A DNA stretch of 53,681 bases from Armatimonadota bacterium (GTDB lineage Bacteria > Sysuimicrobiota > Sysuimicrobiia > Sysuimicrobiales > Kaftiobacteriaceae). Shown piece by piece: positions 43,298 to 51,059 of this stretch. Under the pieces are notes generated by a model. It did no database searches. It was not told where the DNA came from and was given only the letters and a program-made list of their open reading frames with translations. Positions within the stretch are counted from its first letter, which is position 1; every line of letters starts with the position of its first letter. The position numbers and the translations under genes are program-made. The DNA is taken from the NCBI GenBank assembly GCA_020028535.1, contig JAIBHM010000001.1, positions 1-53,681 of the forward strand, read 5' to 3'.

Positions 43298-44367
43298 TGC
43301 GTATCGTCGTCTCAGGCTACTACGGCTTCGGCAACGTTGGTGATGAAGCGGTGCTCGCGGCGATGCTCGGCGCCATTCGCGCGCGGCTCCCCGCGGCGCG
43401 GCTGACCGTCCTGTCCGCGAACCCCGCGCAGACCCGCCGGTTGCACAACGTGCACAGCATCCCCCGCACCGGCGCCGGCGTCATCCGCGCGCTGGCCGGC
43501 GCCGATCTCTTCCTCAGCGGTGGAGGAAGTCTCATTCAGGATGTGACGAGTGCCCGGAGCGCGCTGTATTACCTCGGACTCCTTGCACTGGCCGGATTTT
43601 TGTCCCGACGGACGATGATCTTTGCGCAGGGCATCGGACCGGTCCGGCGCCGCTGGATCCGCCGCCTGGCCCGGTTGGTGCTGAACCGCGTTCAGCTGAT
43701 CACCGTGCGCGACGAGGATTCAGTCCGCGCGGTCATGGAGCTCGGCGTCCGCCGCCCTGCTCACCTCGTCGCCGATCCGGTCTTCGCGCTCGACCCTGCG
43801 CCCGAGGAGCACGTGCGGGAATACGTGAGGCGCGCCGGAGGGGGCCCCCGAATCGGCGTAGCGTTGCGGCCATGGGGCGACGACGCATATGTGGCCAGCG
43901 TCATCGAGGCGCTCCGCGCCGTCGGGAGTGCGATCGGGGGAACGGTCATCATGTTCGCGTTTCACCCGGAGCGGGATCTCCGGCTGTCACGCGCAGCCGC
44001 CGAGGCGCTGGGCGCGCAGATGGCAGCCGATTTGCCCCCGCGCGAAACGATGGCGGCGATCGGCACGGTCGACGTCCTCGTGGGCGTGCGCCTGCACGCG
44101 CTGATTTGCGCCGTGGCGATGGGTGTCCCACCGGTGGGCCTGTCCTACGATCCCAAGGTGGACGGTCTGTTCCGCCGGATCGGGGTCGGCTACCTGCTGC
44201 CGGTCACCGGGCTGCAGCCGGGGCCGCTCCAGCAGGCGATCCAGTCGGCGTGGAATGCGCGCGAGGAGATCCGTCCCCGGCTGGTGCAGCTGGGCAAGTC
44301 ACTGCGGGAAGATGCGCTGCGGGCCGCGGACCTTGCCGAAGCGCTCGTGTCCACGGCACCCCGTTAA
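43297..44367 (+). CDS. csaB: polysaccharide pyruvyl transferase CsaB
   Basis: MRIVVSGYYGFGNVGDEAVLAAML...GGGSLIQDVTS...RLHALI. Confidence 0.88.
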   Translation: MRIVVSGYYGFGNVGDEAVLAAMLGAIRARLPAARLTVLSANPAQTRRLHNVHSIPRTGAGVIRALAGADLFLSGGGSLIQDVTSARSALYYLGLLALAGFLSRRTMIFAQGIGPVRRRWIRRLARLVLNRVQLITVRDEDSVRAVMELGVRRPAHLVADPVFALDPAPEEHVREYVRRAGGGPRIGVALRPWGDDAYVASVIEALRAVGSAIGGTVIMFAFHPERDLRLSRAAAEALGAQMAADLPPRETMAAIGTVDVLVGVRLHALICAVAMGVPPVGLSYDPKVDGLFRRIGVGYLLPVTGLQPGPLQQAIQSAWNAREEIRPRLVQLGKSLREDALRAADLAEALVSTAPR

Positions 44368-44464
44368 CGGGTATGGAGTTAAGGAGCAGGAGTAGTCCTG
44401 ACTCCTACGGAATAGGGTGGCGCTAATGGACGGACCCAGAGTCGCAGCATCGGAGCGCCCTGAA

Positions 44465-44728
44465 ATGCCGGAGGTGCTCAAGGTTTCTGCTGACTCAAAA
44501 CCAAAGGCCGTGGCAGGCGCGCTGGCCGCCGTGTTACGGGAAAGGGGTTCGGTCGAGCTCCAGGCGGTGGGTGCCGGGGCGGTCAATCAGGCCGTCAAAG
44601 CCATCGCCATCAGTCGGGGCTTCGTCGCGCCGAACGGCATCGACCTTGTCGCGATTCCCGCGTTTACAAAAGTGATCATCGAAGGCGAGGAACGCACGGC
44701 GATCAGGTTCCTCGTGGAAGCCCGCTGA
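44465..44728 (+). CDS. spoVS: SpoVS family protein
   Basis: MPEVLKVSADSKPKAVAGALAAVLRERGSVELQAVGAGAVNQAVKAIAISRGFVAPNGIDL...EERTAIRFLVEAR is near-colinear with 86-aa SpoVS. I prefer the ATG at 44465 over 44417. Confidence 0.88.
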   Translation: MPEVLKVSADSKPKAVAGALAAVLRERGSVELQAVGAGAVNQAVKAIAISRGFVAPNGIDLVAIPAFTKVIIEGEERTAIRFLVEAR

Positions 44729-44806
44729 GTTTCCCAGCCGCCTCGCGCACGTCTGCTGTTCCCTCGCGTCTGGACCGATTTCGTTTCGTGATAAGGTAAA
44801 GGAGCC

Positions 44807-45757
44807 ATGGAGAGCGGGTACGGCGGCCTCAAAGCGTTCTCCGGCACCGCGAACCGTGCGCTGGGCGAAGAGATCGCGAGTTACCTGAACATTGAGCTGG
44901 GCCGCGTGAACATCACGCGGTTCGCCGACGGCGAGATCTACGTCCGGTTCGAAGAGAACGCGCGCGGCGTGGACGCATTTGTGATCCAGCCAGTCTCGCA
45001 TCCCGTGAATGAGCATCTCATGGAGTTGCTCATCATGATCGACGCGCTGCGACGCGCCTCGGCCGGCCGGATCACGGCCGTCGTGCCCTACTACGGGTAC
45101 GCGCGCAAGGACAAGAAGGATGCGCCCCGCGAGCCCATCACGGGTCGACTCGTCGCGGATCTGTTGACCACCGCCGGCGCGAACCGCGTCCTCACGGTGG
45201 ACCTGCACGCGGGACAAATCGAAGGCTTCTTCAACATTCCGGTCGATCACCTGCGCGCGATGCCGTTGTTCGCCGATTACCTTCGGGAGAAGGATCTTCG
45301 GAACGCGGTCGTGGTGGCCGCCGACGACGGCGCGGTGAAACGCAGCAAACAGCTCGCCGACCGCCTGGACCTGCCGCTGGCGATCATCTTTCAGCGTCGG
45401 GTCGGGAAGGATGCGAAAGAACCGCTGCAGATCGTGGGCGAGGTAGAAGGCCGCACGCCGATCATGGTCGAGGACGTCATCGACACGGCCGGAACTCTGT
45501 CCGGTGCGGTGGAAGTCTTGATGGCGAAGGGTGCGCGCCCTGAAGTGTACATTTGCGCGACCCACGCCGTGTTTGCCCCCCCGGCCGTCCAGCGCTTGAG
45601 CCGTGAAGAGATCCGCGAAGTCATCGTCACCAACACGATTCCGCTTGAGGCGGAGAAGCGGTTGCCCAAGCTCAGCGTGCTCTCCGCCGCGCCCCTGCTG
45701 GCCGAGGCCATCCGCCGCATCCACCTGAACCAGTCCGTCAGCATTCTATTTACATGA
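44807..45757 (+). CDS. prs: ribose-phosphate pyrophosphokinase
   Basis: FSGTANRALGEEIA...RFADGEIYVRFEE...PYYGYARKDKK...VEDVIDTAGT. Confidence 0.95.
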   Translation: MESGYGGLKAFSGTANRALGEEIASYLNIELGRVNITRFADGEIYVRFEENARGVDAFVIQPVSHPVNEHLMELLIMIDALRRASAGRITAVVPYYGYARKDKKDAPREPITGRLVADLLTTAGANRVLTVDLHAGQIEGFFNIPVDHLRAMPLFADYLREKDLRNAVVVAADDGAVKRSKQLADRLDLPLAIIFQRRVGKDAKEPLQIVGEVEGRTPIMVEDVIDTAGTLSGAVEVLMAKGARPEVYICATHAVFAPPAVQRLSREEIREVIVTNTIPLEAEKRLPKLSVLSAAPLLAEAIRRIHLNQSVSILFT

Positions 45758-47195
45758 CGGTCCGCACGCGCTATGCGCCCAGCCCGACCGGATACCTGCA
45801 CATCGGCGGCGCGTGGATGGCGTTTTTCAACTGGCTGTTCGCGCGCAACCATGTCGGCGCGTTCGTGCTCCGCGTCGAAGACACGGACAGAACCCGGTCC
45901 AGCGAGGAGTACGAACGCGCCATCTTTGAAGATTTCAAGTGGCTCGGACTTGACTGGGATGAAGGGCCGGACGTCGGAGGGCCCTATGGACCCTACCGGC
46001 AAACCGAGCGGATGCATCTATATAGGAAGTACGCCGAGGAGCTCCTCGCGCGGGAGGCCGCCTACTATTGTTACTGCACTCCCGAAGAACTGGACGCCGA
46101 GCGTGCGCGTGCCCAGGCGGAGAAGCGGCCGTATCGGTATTCCGGCCGGTGCCGCGCGCTGACGGCGCAGCAGCGGGCGGAGTTCGAGCGCCAGGGCCGG
46201 CGGCCCACGATCCGGCTGCGCGTCCACGACTACGGTGAGACCATCGTGGTGGATGACCTGGTGCGCGGCCGAGTGGAGTTCGATCCGGAGCACCTCGATG
46301 ACTACATCATCGTGCGATCCGACGGCTCGCCCCTGTACAACTTTGCCAACGTCGTGGACGACCACACCATGGCGATCACCCACATCATCCGGGGCATCGA
46401 ACATCTTTCGAACACTCCCAAGCAGTGGGTAATGTACCGGGCGCTGGGGTGGGAGCCCCCCCAGGTCGCCCATCTCTCGAATATCCTCGGCAGCGACAAG
46501 AAGAAGCTCAGCAAACGGACCGGCGACACCGCCGTGCGTGACTATAAGAAGGAAGGATTCATCCCCGAGGCCCTGCTGAACTTCTTCGCGCTGATGGCCT
46601 GGTACCCTGAGGAGAATCGGGAGATTTTCTCCGTGCGGGAGCTGGTCGAGAAGTTCCGCATCGAGGACCTCGGCAAGGCCTCGCCGGTGTTCGACACGGC
46701 CAAGCTCACCTGGATGAACGGCGTCTACATGCGTGAGATGCTCAACCGGGAGCCTGAGCGCGTCGTGGAGGCCTGTCTCGAACCCCTGCGCAGCGCCGGA
46801 TTACTCGATGGGCAGGTCACACCCGAGACGCGGGACTACATCCGGCGCGTCATCGGGACTTCTTCTTCAAAGACGGGATTGAGTATGAGCCGGAGGCCGC
46901 CCGCCGCTACCTCAGCAATCCCGCCATCGGCCCGGTCCTGGCGGCCTTGCAGGAGCGGGTGACCCGCGCTCCGGCGTTGGGTTCGGCCGAAGCGGAGGCC
47001 GTTACTCGCGATCTGGCGGCGGAGCGGGGGATGGAGGCCCGCGAGATCGTCCATCCTACGCGCGTCGCGCTCACCGGCAAGACTGTCGGGCCGGGCCTCT
47101 TCGAGCTGATGGCGCTACTGGGCAAGGACCGGGTCGCCAGGCGTCTGGAGGCTGCCGTCGAGTACGTGCGGAAACACGGCGCCTCCAACCACTGA
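45754..47195 (+). pseudogene. gltX: glutamate--tRNA ligase, interrupted by a 1-nt frame change near 46850-46857 (true pseudogene or sequencing error)
   Basis: The N-terminal frame reads RTRYAPSPTGYLHIGG (HIGH) ...KLSKR (KMSKS) ...DYIRRVIG, then turns to nonsense. The adjacent frame reads DFFFKDGIEYEPEAARRYL...HPTRVALTGKTVGPGLFELMALLGKDRV, a typical GluRS C-terminus, through to 47195. Confidence 0.85.
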
Positions 47196-47363
47196 TTGCT
47201 GCCTCAGACTCCACTCACCGCCTTCGCGAGTCCATTCGAATGACTGTTGCGGCCCGTTAAGACCGAATTGCGGACGTCTGCACGAGCATAGTCTACCCTC
47301 TGTCCAACCCCGCCGCGCCACGCGCGGGCGCAACCGGGCGGGGACCTCAAGGGGGTAAGCGAG

Positions 47364-47633
47364 ATGATGAGGAAGGTCGCGTGTCTGTTGACGCTCGTCC
47401 TGTTGGTCGTGAACTTCTTCCAGCCGGTAGTGACGTTCTTCCCCCATCGCGGCGCGGAGTGGACGGCGCCGTGGCCTATGCGGATCGCGCAGGCGAGCAT
47501 CACCACGGCGTACCCCACAATGGAGGAATTGGAGCGCTGGGTGGCGTTTGCCATGCTCGCGTTCCTGTTCGAGCGGTTCGCCTTCAACCTGGAGCGTACA
47601 CTCGAATTGGTTCGCGAGATCATTGATAGATGA
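47364..47633 (+). CDS. hypothetical small membrane protein
   Basis: An AGGGGG RBS lies ~9 nt upstream. It has a hydrophobic N-terminal helix (VACLLTLVLLVVNFF) and a second one (WVAFAMLAFLF). No family recognised. Confidence 0.4.
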   Translation: MMRKVACLLTLVLLVVNFFQPVVTFFPHRGAEWTAPWPMRIAQASITTAYPTMEELERWVAFAMLAFLFERFAFNLERTLELVREIIDR

Positions 47634-47782
47634 AGGACAGCGCGCTCTACATGGCCCTGGGAGTTGCATCAGGACTGCTGCTGGCGCGGATCGTGCCGAA
47701 CGTTTGGTGGGCGAACCTGCTGACGGTCGGGTTGCTCCTGGCTATTTGGCTCTGCATAAAGTGGCGGCAGCGACACGCTTAG
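47630..47782 (+). CDS. hypothetical 50-aa two-TM peptide (below the ORF-track size cut-off)
   Basis: ATGA overlap with the previous ORF. My hand translation is MKDSALYMALGVASGLLLARIVPNVWWANLLTVGLLLAIWLCIKWRQRHA. Confidence 0.3.
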   Translation: MKDSALYMALGVASGLLLARIVPNVWWANLLTVGLLLAIWLCIKWRQRHA

Positions 47783-47789
47783 CCTTCCT

Positions 47790-48080
47790 GCCGCGTTGGA
47801 AACGGAGAGGGGGCCACGCGGGAAAAACTGCTCGCGATGGCCCCCGTCCTGATTGGAAACCTCGTGGTGGGTTTACCCGCACTGGTACATTCGCTTTCAC
47901 TCTCCAGGCGGCGTCCGCCTGGCGTTTGGCCGGCGCCGGCTGCAGGAGTGGGCGGATCACATTCTCAGCTTGATGCGGAATGCTGACGACGGCTGGGTCT
48001 ATTTCAACAACGACGCACAGGGCGCCCGCCATTCACGATGCAAAGACGCTGCAGGAGCTTCTCAACTCGGTCCGGACCTA
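47790..48080 (+). pseudogene. DUF72-family gene remnant (C-terminal part only, multiple frameshifts)
   Basis: One frame reads WYIRFHSPGG...LQEWADHILSL...DDGWVYFNNDAQG. A second frame continues AIHDAKTLQELLNSVRT*. Together these resemble the DUF72 C-terminus (YvRlHG...W...vyvyFNNd...A..nA..L..ll). No N-terminal half is present. Confidence 0.55.
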
Positions 48081-48134
48081 GTTCTGTTCGGTGATCAAAA
48101 CGGGTTAGGACTCCCCAAATGGCCCTGTCACTTC

Positions 48135-48140
48135 TATAAT
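48135..48140 (+). promoter_or_regulatory. candidate -10 box (TATAAT) for tRNA-Gln
   Basis: A perfect TATAAT lies 17 nt upstream of the tRNA 5' end. No convincing -35 element. Confidence 0.35.
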
Positions 48141-48157
48141 GAGGGATGGTCTTCCGC

Positions 48158-48231
48158 TGGGGGATCGTCTAGTGGTAGGACGGCGGGCTCTGGACCCGTT
48201 AGCGGGGGTTCGAATCCTCCTCCCCCAGCCA
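48158..48231 (+). tRNA. tRNA-Gln (anticodon CTG), CCA encoded
   Basis: Hand-folded. Acceptor stem TGGGGGA/TCCCCCA. D arm GTCT-AGTGGTA-GGAC. Anticodon arm GCGGG-CTCTGGA-CCCGT. T arm GGGGG-TTCGAAT-CCTCC. Discriminator G plus CCA. Confidence 0.92.
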
Positions 48232-48646
48232 TCGTGTATGACCCCTCACTTTTGCCAATACTTCAAACGGCGGAAACAGGTTCAGACGGGCGTTTCGGTC
48301 TTTCAATGTGGCGTTCGAAGCGACCAATTTCATGACCGCTAGCTTGCGCTCGTCGGTCCCCACTTCGTAGACCTGCCGCAGGCGACCGGCTAGCTGGAGC
48401 AGCAACTCGGCCTCCTCGAAAAACCGCTCTTGAGCTACCTCCAGGGCGTGGACCTCGGTCTCGATCACAAGCTGCTCTTCCTTGAGGGCGGCGTATTTGC
48501 GTTTGTACTCCTCGTCCGGGACTACGCCGGCGAGGTGACGGTCCAAGAGGACATCTTTCTTCTTCCGCACGTCGTCGTAACGGGTTCGGAGCGCCGCTAG
48601 GGCCGCTGCTCGGTACTCCCGCTCTTGCCCGTGTAAGTTGGTCAGC
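48232..48646 (-). pseudogene. large serine recombinase, C-terminal coiled-coil fragment only
   Basis: The minus-strand frame reads LTNLHGQEREYRAAALAALRTRYDDVRKKKDVLLDRHLAGVVPDEEYKRKYAALKEEQ...LLLQLAGRLRQVYEVGTDERKLAVMKLVASNATLKDRNARLNLFPPFEVLAK. It has no catalytic or zinc-ribbon domains and abuts the VOC gene stop. The track ORF's tail runs into the tRNA. Confidence 0.6.
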
Positions 48647-48979
48647 TTATTTTGGTGACTGCCTAAGACCTAGTACGTTGCCATTAGCATCTTTGACCTG
48701 TGCAATTAGCATGCCTCCTCCAACGTCTTTGATGTCTTGATGCGACGTCGCACCAGCGTCTAGTAGGGTCTTTAAATAACTTTTGATATCGGCAACATCT
48801 ATATAGCCAACTACTGCTTGGCCGTGGGGGTCTAGGCCAACTTCTAGGTCATTGAGCTTATACCCGACGTAATATGGCCCATCTACATAGGGCTTAACTC
48901 CGAAAAATTTGCCGTATAAAGTTTTTGCTCCTTCTAAGTCCTCTACTGGGTACACGATAAGTTTGATATTTTGAGTCAT
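48647..48979 (-). CDS. VOC (glyoxalase/bleomycin-resistance) family protein
   Basis: 110 aa. KLIVYPVEDLEGAKTLYGKFFGV...GGGMLIAQVKDANGNVLGLRQ. GGAGG RBS. Markedly lower GC than its surroundings. Confidence 0.85.
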   Translation of the reverse strand: MTQNIKLIVYPVEDLEGAKTLYGKFFGVKPYVDGPYYVGYKLNDLEVGLDPHGQAVVGYIDVADIKSYLKTLLDAGATSHQDIKDVGGGMLIAQVKDANGNVLGLRQSPK

Positions 48980-49233
48980 TAAGGGTCCTCCTATTGAAAT
49001 TGCTTCTTACGGAACATGGTCATAAACTAATTGTACACCCACGAATGTTCATAGTACTACCTAACACATGTCACGAACTTGAGTAGTAGTCTAAGAAGGT
49101 ATCGAGAATGCGGATTGGGCTGTACAAAGTGCGAAAAGGTTCCTGACCGGCATGCTCAGCCAAGTTCGAAGATCATCCACTGTCCCCGGGGCACAGTCAA
49201 CTCTCTCGAACTTAGTTTCTTCTAGGAGGCTTT

Positions 49234-49380
49234 ATGGCTAAAGTCATTTTGGGAATGACATTGTCACTGGACGGGTTTATCAACGATCGTACTGGCAAAG
49301 TGGGCGCGCTGTATCCTGATCTCTATGTATTGCGAAATACCGAGCCGATGCGGGAATCCATACAGAACACATCAAGCTGA
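49234..49380 (+). pseudogene. dihydrofolate-reductase/RibD_C family gene, N-terminal 48-codon fragment
   Basis: AGGAGG RBS. MAKVILGMTLSLDGFINDRTGKVGALYPD... matches the start of RibD_C-type proteins but stops after 48 aa. Confidence 0.5.
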
Positions 49381-49437
49381 ACGCAGACTCTCCTTGCTAC
49401 CACCGCGCTTGTCCGCCGATAGGGGTACGAGAGCTAA

Positions 49438-50250
49438 GTGGAGAAAAGTCATGAGCCGAATTTGGAAAACAATCTTGACATACCACAATACAGCTTGGAG
49501 AAAACCCTGTTGGTTTGGGCAGCTGCAACCATCCCCATGGGGATTTTGGGATGGCTTGTGGCTCCGGCCCTGGCACATGACCCACAGAAGCTAGATTCCC
49601 GACGGCTCGCCATGCTTACAGTCGGATTGGTATGGCAGTTTGTTCTGGTATTGATTTTACTCCACCAAGAAGCAGGCAACCTGCGTTGGTCAACGATCCG
49701 GCAGCGCCTCTGGCTGAATAGGCCGCGCTCTCCACAAACCATGAAACCACGTGGTCGTTTGTGGTGGTGGCTTGTTCCGCTCATTGTTCTGACGGCGATA
49801 TACGAGTTGCAGGTCGGCGGGATGTTGGACAAGCTTTGGACTTCAGTGTTTCCATTCCTTGCAGAACCGCAGGGACTTGCTTTGGGGAGTGCCCTCGAGT
49901 CGCCAGAAACTAGATCTCAAATGGTGGGGTCATGGGACTTCTTGGGCCTCTTTTTGCTGTCGGCACTATTCAATACGGTCTTAGGGGAGGAACTCTTGTT
50001 TCGCGGGTTATTGTTGCCTCGAATGGCTGGAGTATTTCGGAAATGGGATTGGGTGATGAATGGGTTGCTATTTGGTTTTTATCACGTGCACACACCTTGG
50101 AACATGCTCAGTAGTGCAATTGAGGGAATACTGCTCTTTGCTCTTCCGACCCGATATTTCCGCAGTTCATGGTTTGGAGTGATTCCCCATTCCGGGCAAA
50201 GCATATTCTTTGCCATCCTTCTCTTGCTCCTTGTACTTGGATTGGCGTAG
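49438..50250 (+). CDS. CPBP family intramembrane glutamic endopeptidase (CAAX protease/Abi-like)
   Basis: Multi-TM protein. Motif 1 GEELLFRG, motif 2 LLFGFYH, motif 3-like VIPHSGQSIFF. Low GC. Confidence 0.85.
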   Translation: MEKSHEPNLENNLDIPQYSLEKTLLVWAAATIPMGILGWLVAPALAHDPQKLDSRRLAMLTVGLVWQFVLVLILLHQEAGNLRWSTIRQRLWLNRPRSPQTMKPRGRLWWWLVPLIVLTAIYELQVGGMLDKLWTSVFPFLAEPQGLALGSALESPETRSQMVGSWDFLGLFLLSALFNTVLGEELLFRGLLLPRMAGVFRKWDWVMNGLLFGFYHVHTPWNMLSSAIEGILLFALPTRYFRSSWFGVIPHSGQSIFFAILLLLLVLGLA

Positions 50251-50449
50251 AGGAGGCTACACTGGGTTGCAGACGACAGCCACTGCGCGGTGCCGATGAC
50301 GTTGACCAGTTAGGCCGAAAGAGGGGCCCGTCATGATGAAACGGAGGGGTGAACGTTCAACTCGTCGGAGCCTGCGCTCCAGGACTTTTCGCTCTGTTAG
50401 GTGGCGAGTCGGACCTGTACACTGAGCGTCTGTACTTTCGAGAACGCGA

Positions 50450-50462
50450 CCTCCCCCAGCCA
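50450..50462 (+). repeat. direct repeat of the tRNA-Gln 3' end (candidate att remnant)
   Basis: Exact 13-mer CCTCCCCCAGCCA, identical to 48219-48231. Confidence 0.45.
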
Positions 50463-50537
50463 GATTTCGCCCTGCTCGCGGCAAGCGCAGGTAAACTCGA
50501 CACGCAGTGCGCGCTGGCGCGTTGGTGATGAGATGGG

Positions 50538-50987
50538 TCAGGCCGGAGTCGATGCGCCTCGCATCAGCGCGACATGAAGTTTGAGGTCGCCGGCACCGTC
50601 GCGCTTCAGGATATACGTTGACGCTTCTTCGCCCATCTCGTTGCCACGGCTGTCCAGGTACGGCCACCGCACATCGACGACCGCGATCCGATCCGTGGCC
50701 CACTCGAGCCTCTGGATGTCCGCGTGCGTGTCGGTAATGCCCCGGGCGTTGTATTGCTCTTTTGCGCCCGAGAAGAACCGTTCGACCTCATCGAGAGAGG
50801 TCACCGCTTTGATGTCATCGTCTCCTATCACTAAGGCCGGGACCGCCCACATCGATGCGACCGTGCGGCCGTCGCCGCGAGTGAGCGCGCCTGCCAGTCG
50901 ATCGAGGAACTCCTGCACGATGGCGTCTCCGCGGTCCGGTTTGGCTGCCGCGTTTTTCGGTCTGGTTGGGGTGCCGCGCTGGTCCAT
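50538..50987 (-). CDS. hypothetical protein, possibly NTF2-like (SnoaL/DUF4440-type) fold
   Basis: 149 aa. IVQEFLDRLAGALTRGDGRTVASMW...VVDVRWPYLD...YILKRDGAGDLKLHVAL has the pattern of NTF2-like small proteins. The assignment is tentative. Confidence 0.55.
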   Translation of the reverse strand: MDQRGTPTRPKNAAAKPDRGDAIVQEFLDRLAGALTRGDGRTVASMWAVPALVIGDDDIKAVTSLDEVERFFSGAKEQYNARGITDTHADIQRLEWATDRIAVVDVRWPYLDSRGNEMGEEASTYILKRDGAGDLKLHVALMRGASTPA

Positions 50988-51059
50988 GCGGTGTGCCTCC
51001 TCATACCTGGGTACACAAATCTTACCCTGACTCCACGCGGGCGGAAAGAGAGAGCCTCG

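Larger units (their letters stand above)
48232..50462. mobile_element. decayed tRNA-Gln-associated genomic islet, bounded by a 13-bp direct repeat of the tRNA 3' end
   Basis: CCTCCCCCAGCCA occurs at 48219-48231 (tRNA 3' end) and again at 50450-50462, where a degenerate TTCGA-GAA precedes it. The interval holds a truncated serine-recombinase gene and visibly AT-richer genes (48.65-50.25 kb). Confidence 0.45.

Noticed and set aside
47196-47363. A GC-rich nested hairpin (CCCCGCC...GGCGGGG with inner GCGCC/GGCGC) and a TTGCGG direct repeat in the 168-nt gap after gltX, as a possible sRNA or terminator.
   Set aside because: No T-tract follows the hairpin and I recognise no RNA family signature. 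Such hairpins arise easily in GC-rich spacers.
47853-48335. A 160-aa ORF spanning the DUF72 remnant and tRNA-Gln.
   Set aside because: It is a composite of a pseudogene fragment and a tRNA gene read as protein (…GGSSSGRTAGSGPVSGGSNPPPP…).
48232-48646. The serine recombinase as an active integrase for the islet.
   Set aside because: Only the C-terminal coiled-coil region survives. There is no catalytic Ser domain or zinc ribbon, and the frame runs into the tRNA without its own proper end.
50257-50703. A 148-aa minus-strand ORF, plus a short ORF-like frame (…LRVEFTCACREQGEIWLGEVAFSKVQTLSVQVRLAT*) in the 50251-50537 gap.
   Set aside because: The first overlaps the NTF2-like gene and is Arg-rich nonsense. 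The second has no start codon or RBS and covers the candidate att repeat. I treat the gap as non-coding islet/tRNA-flank remnant.
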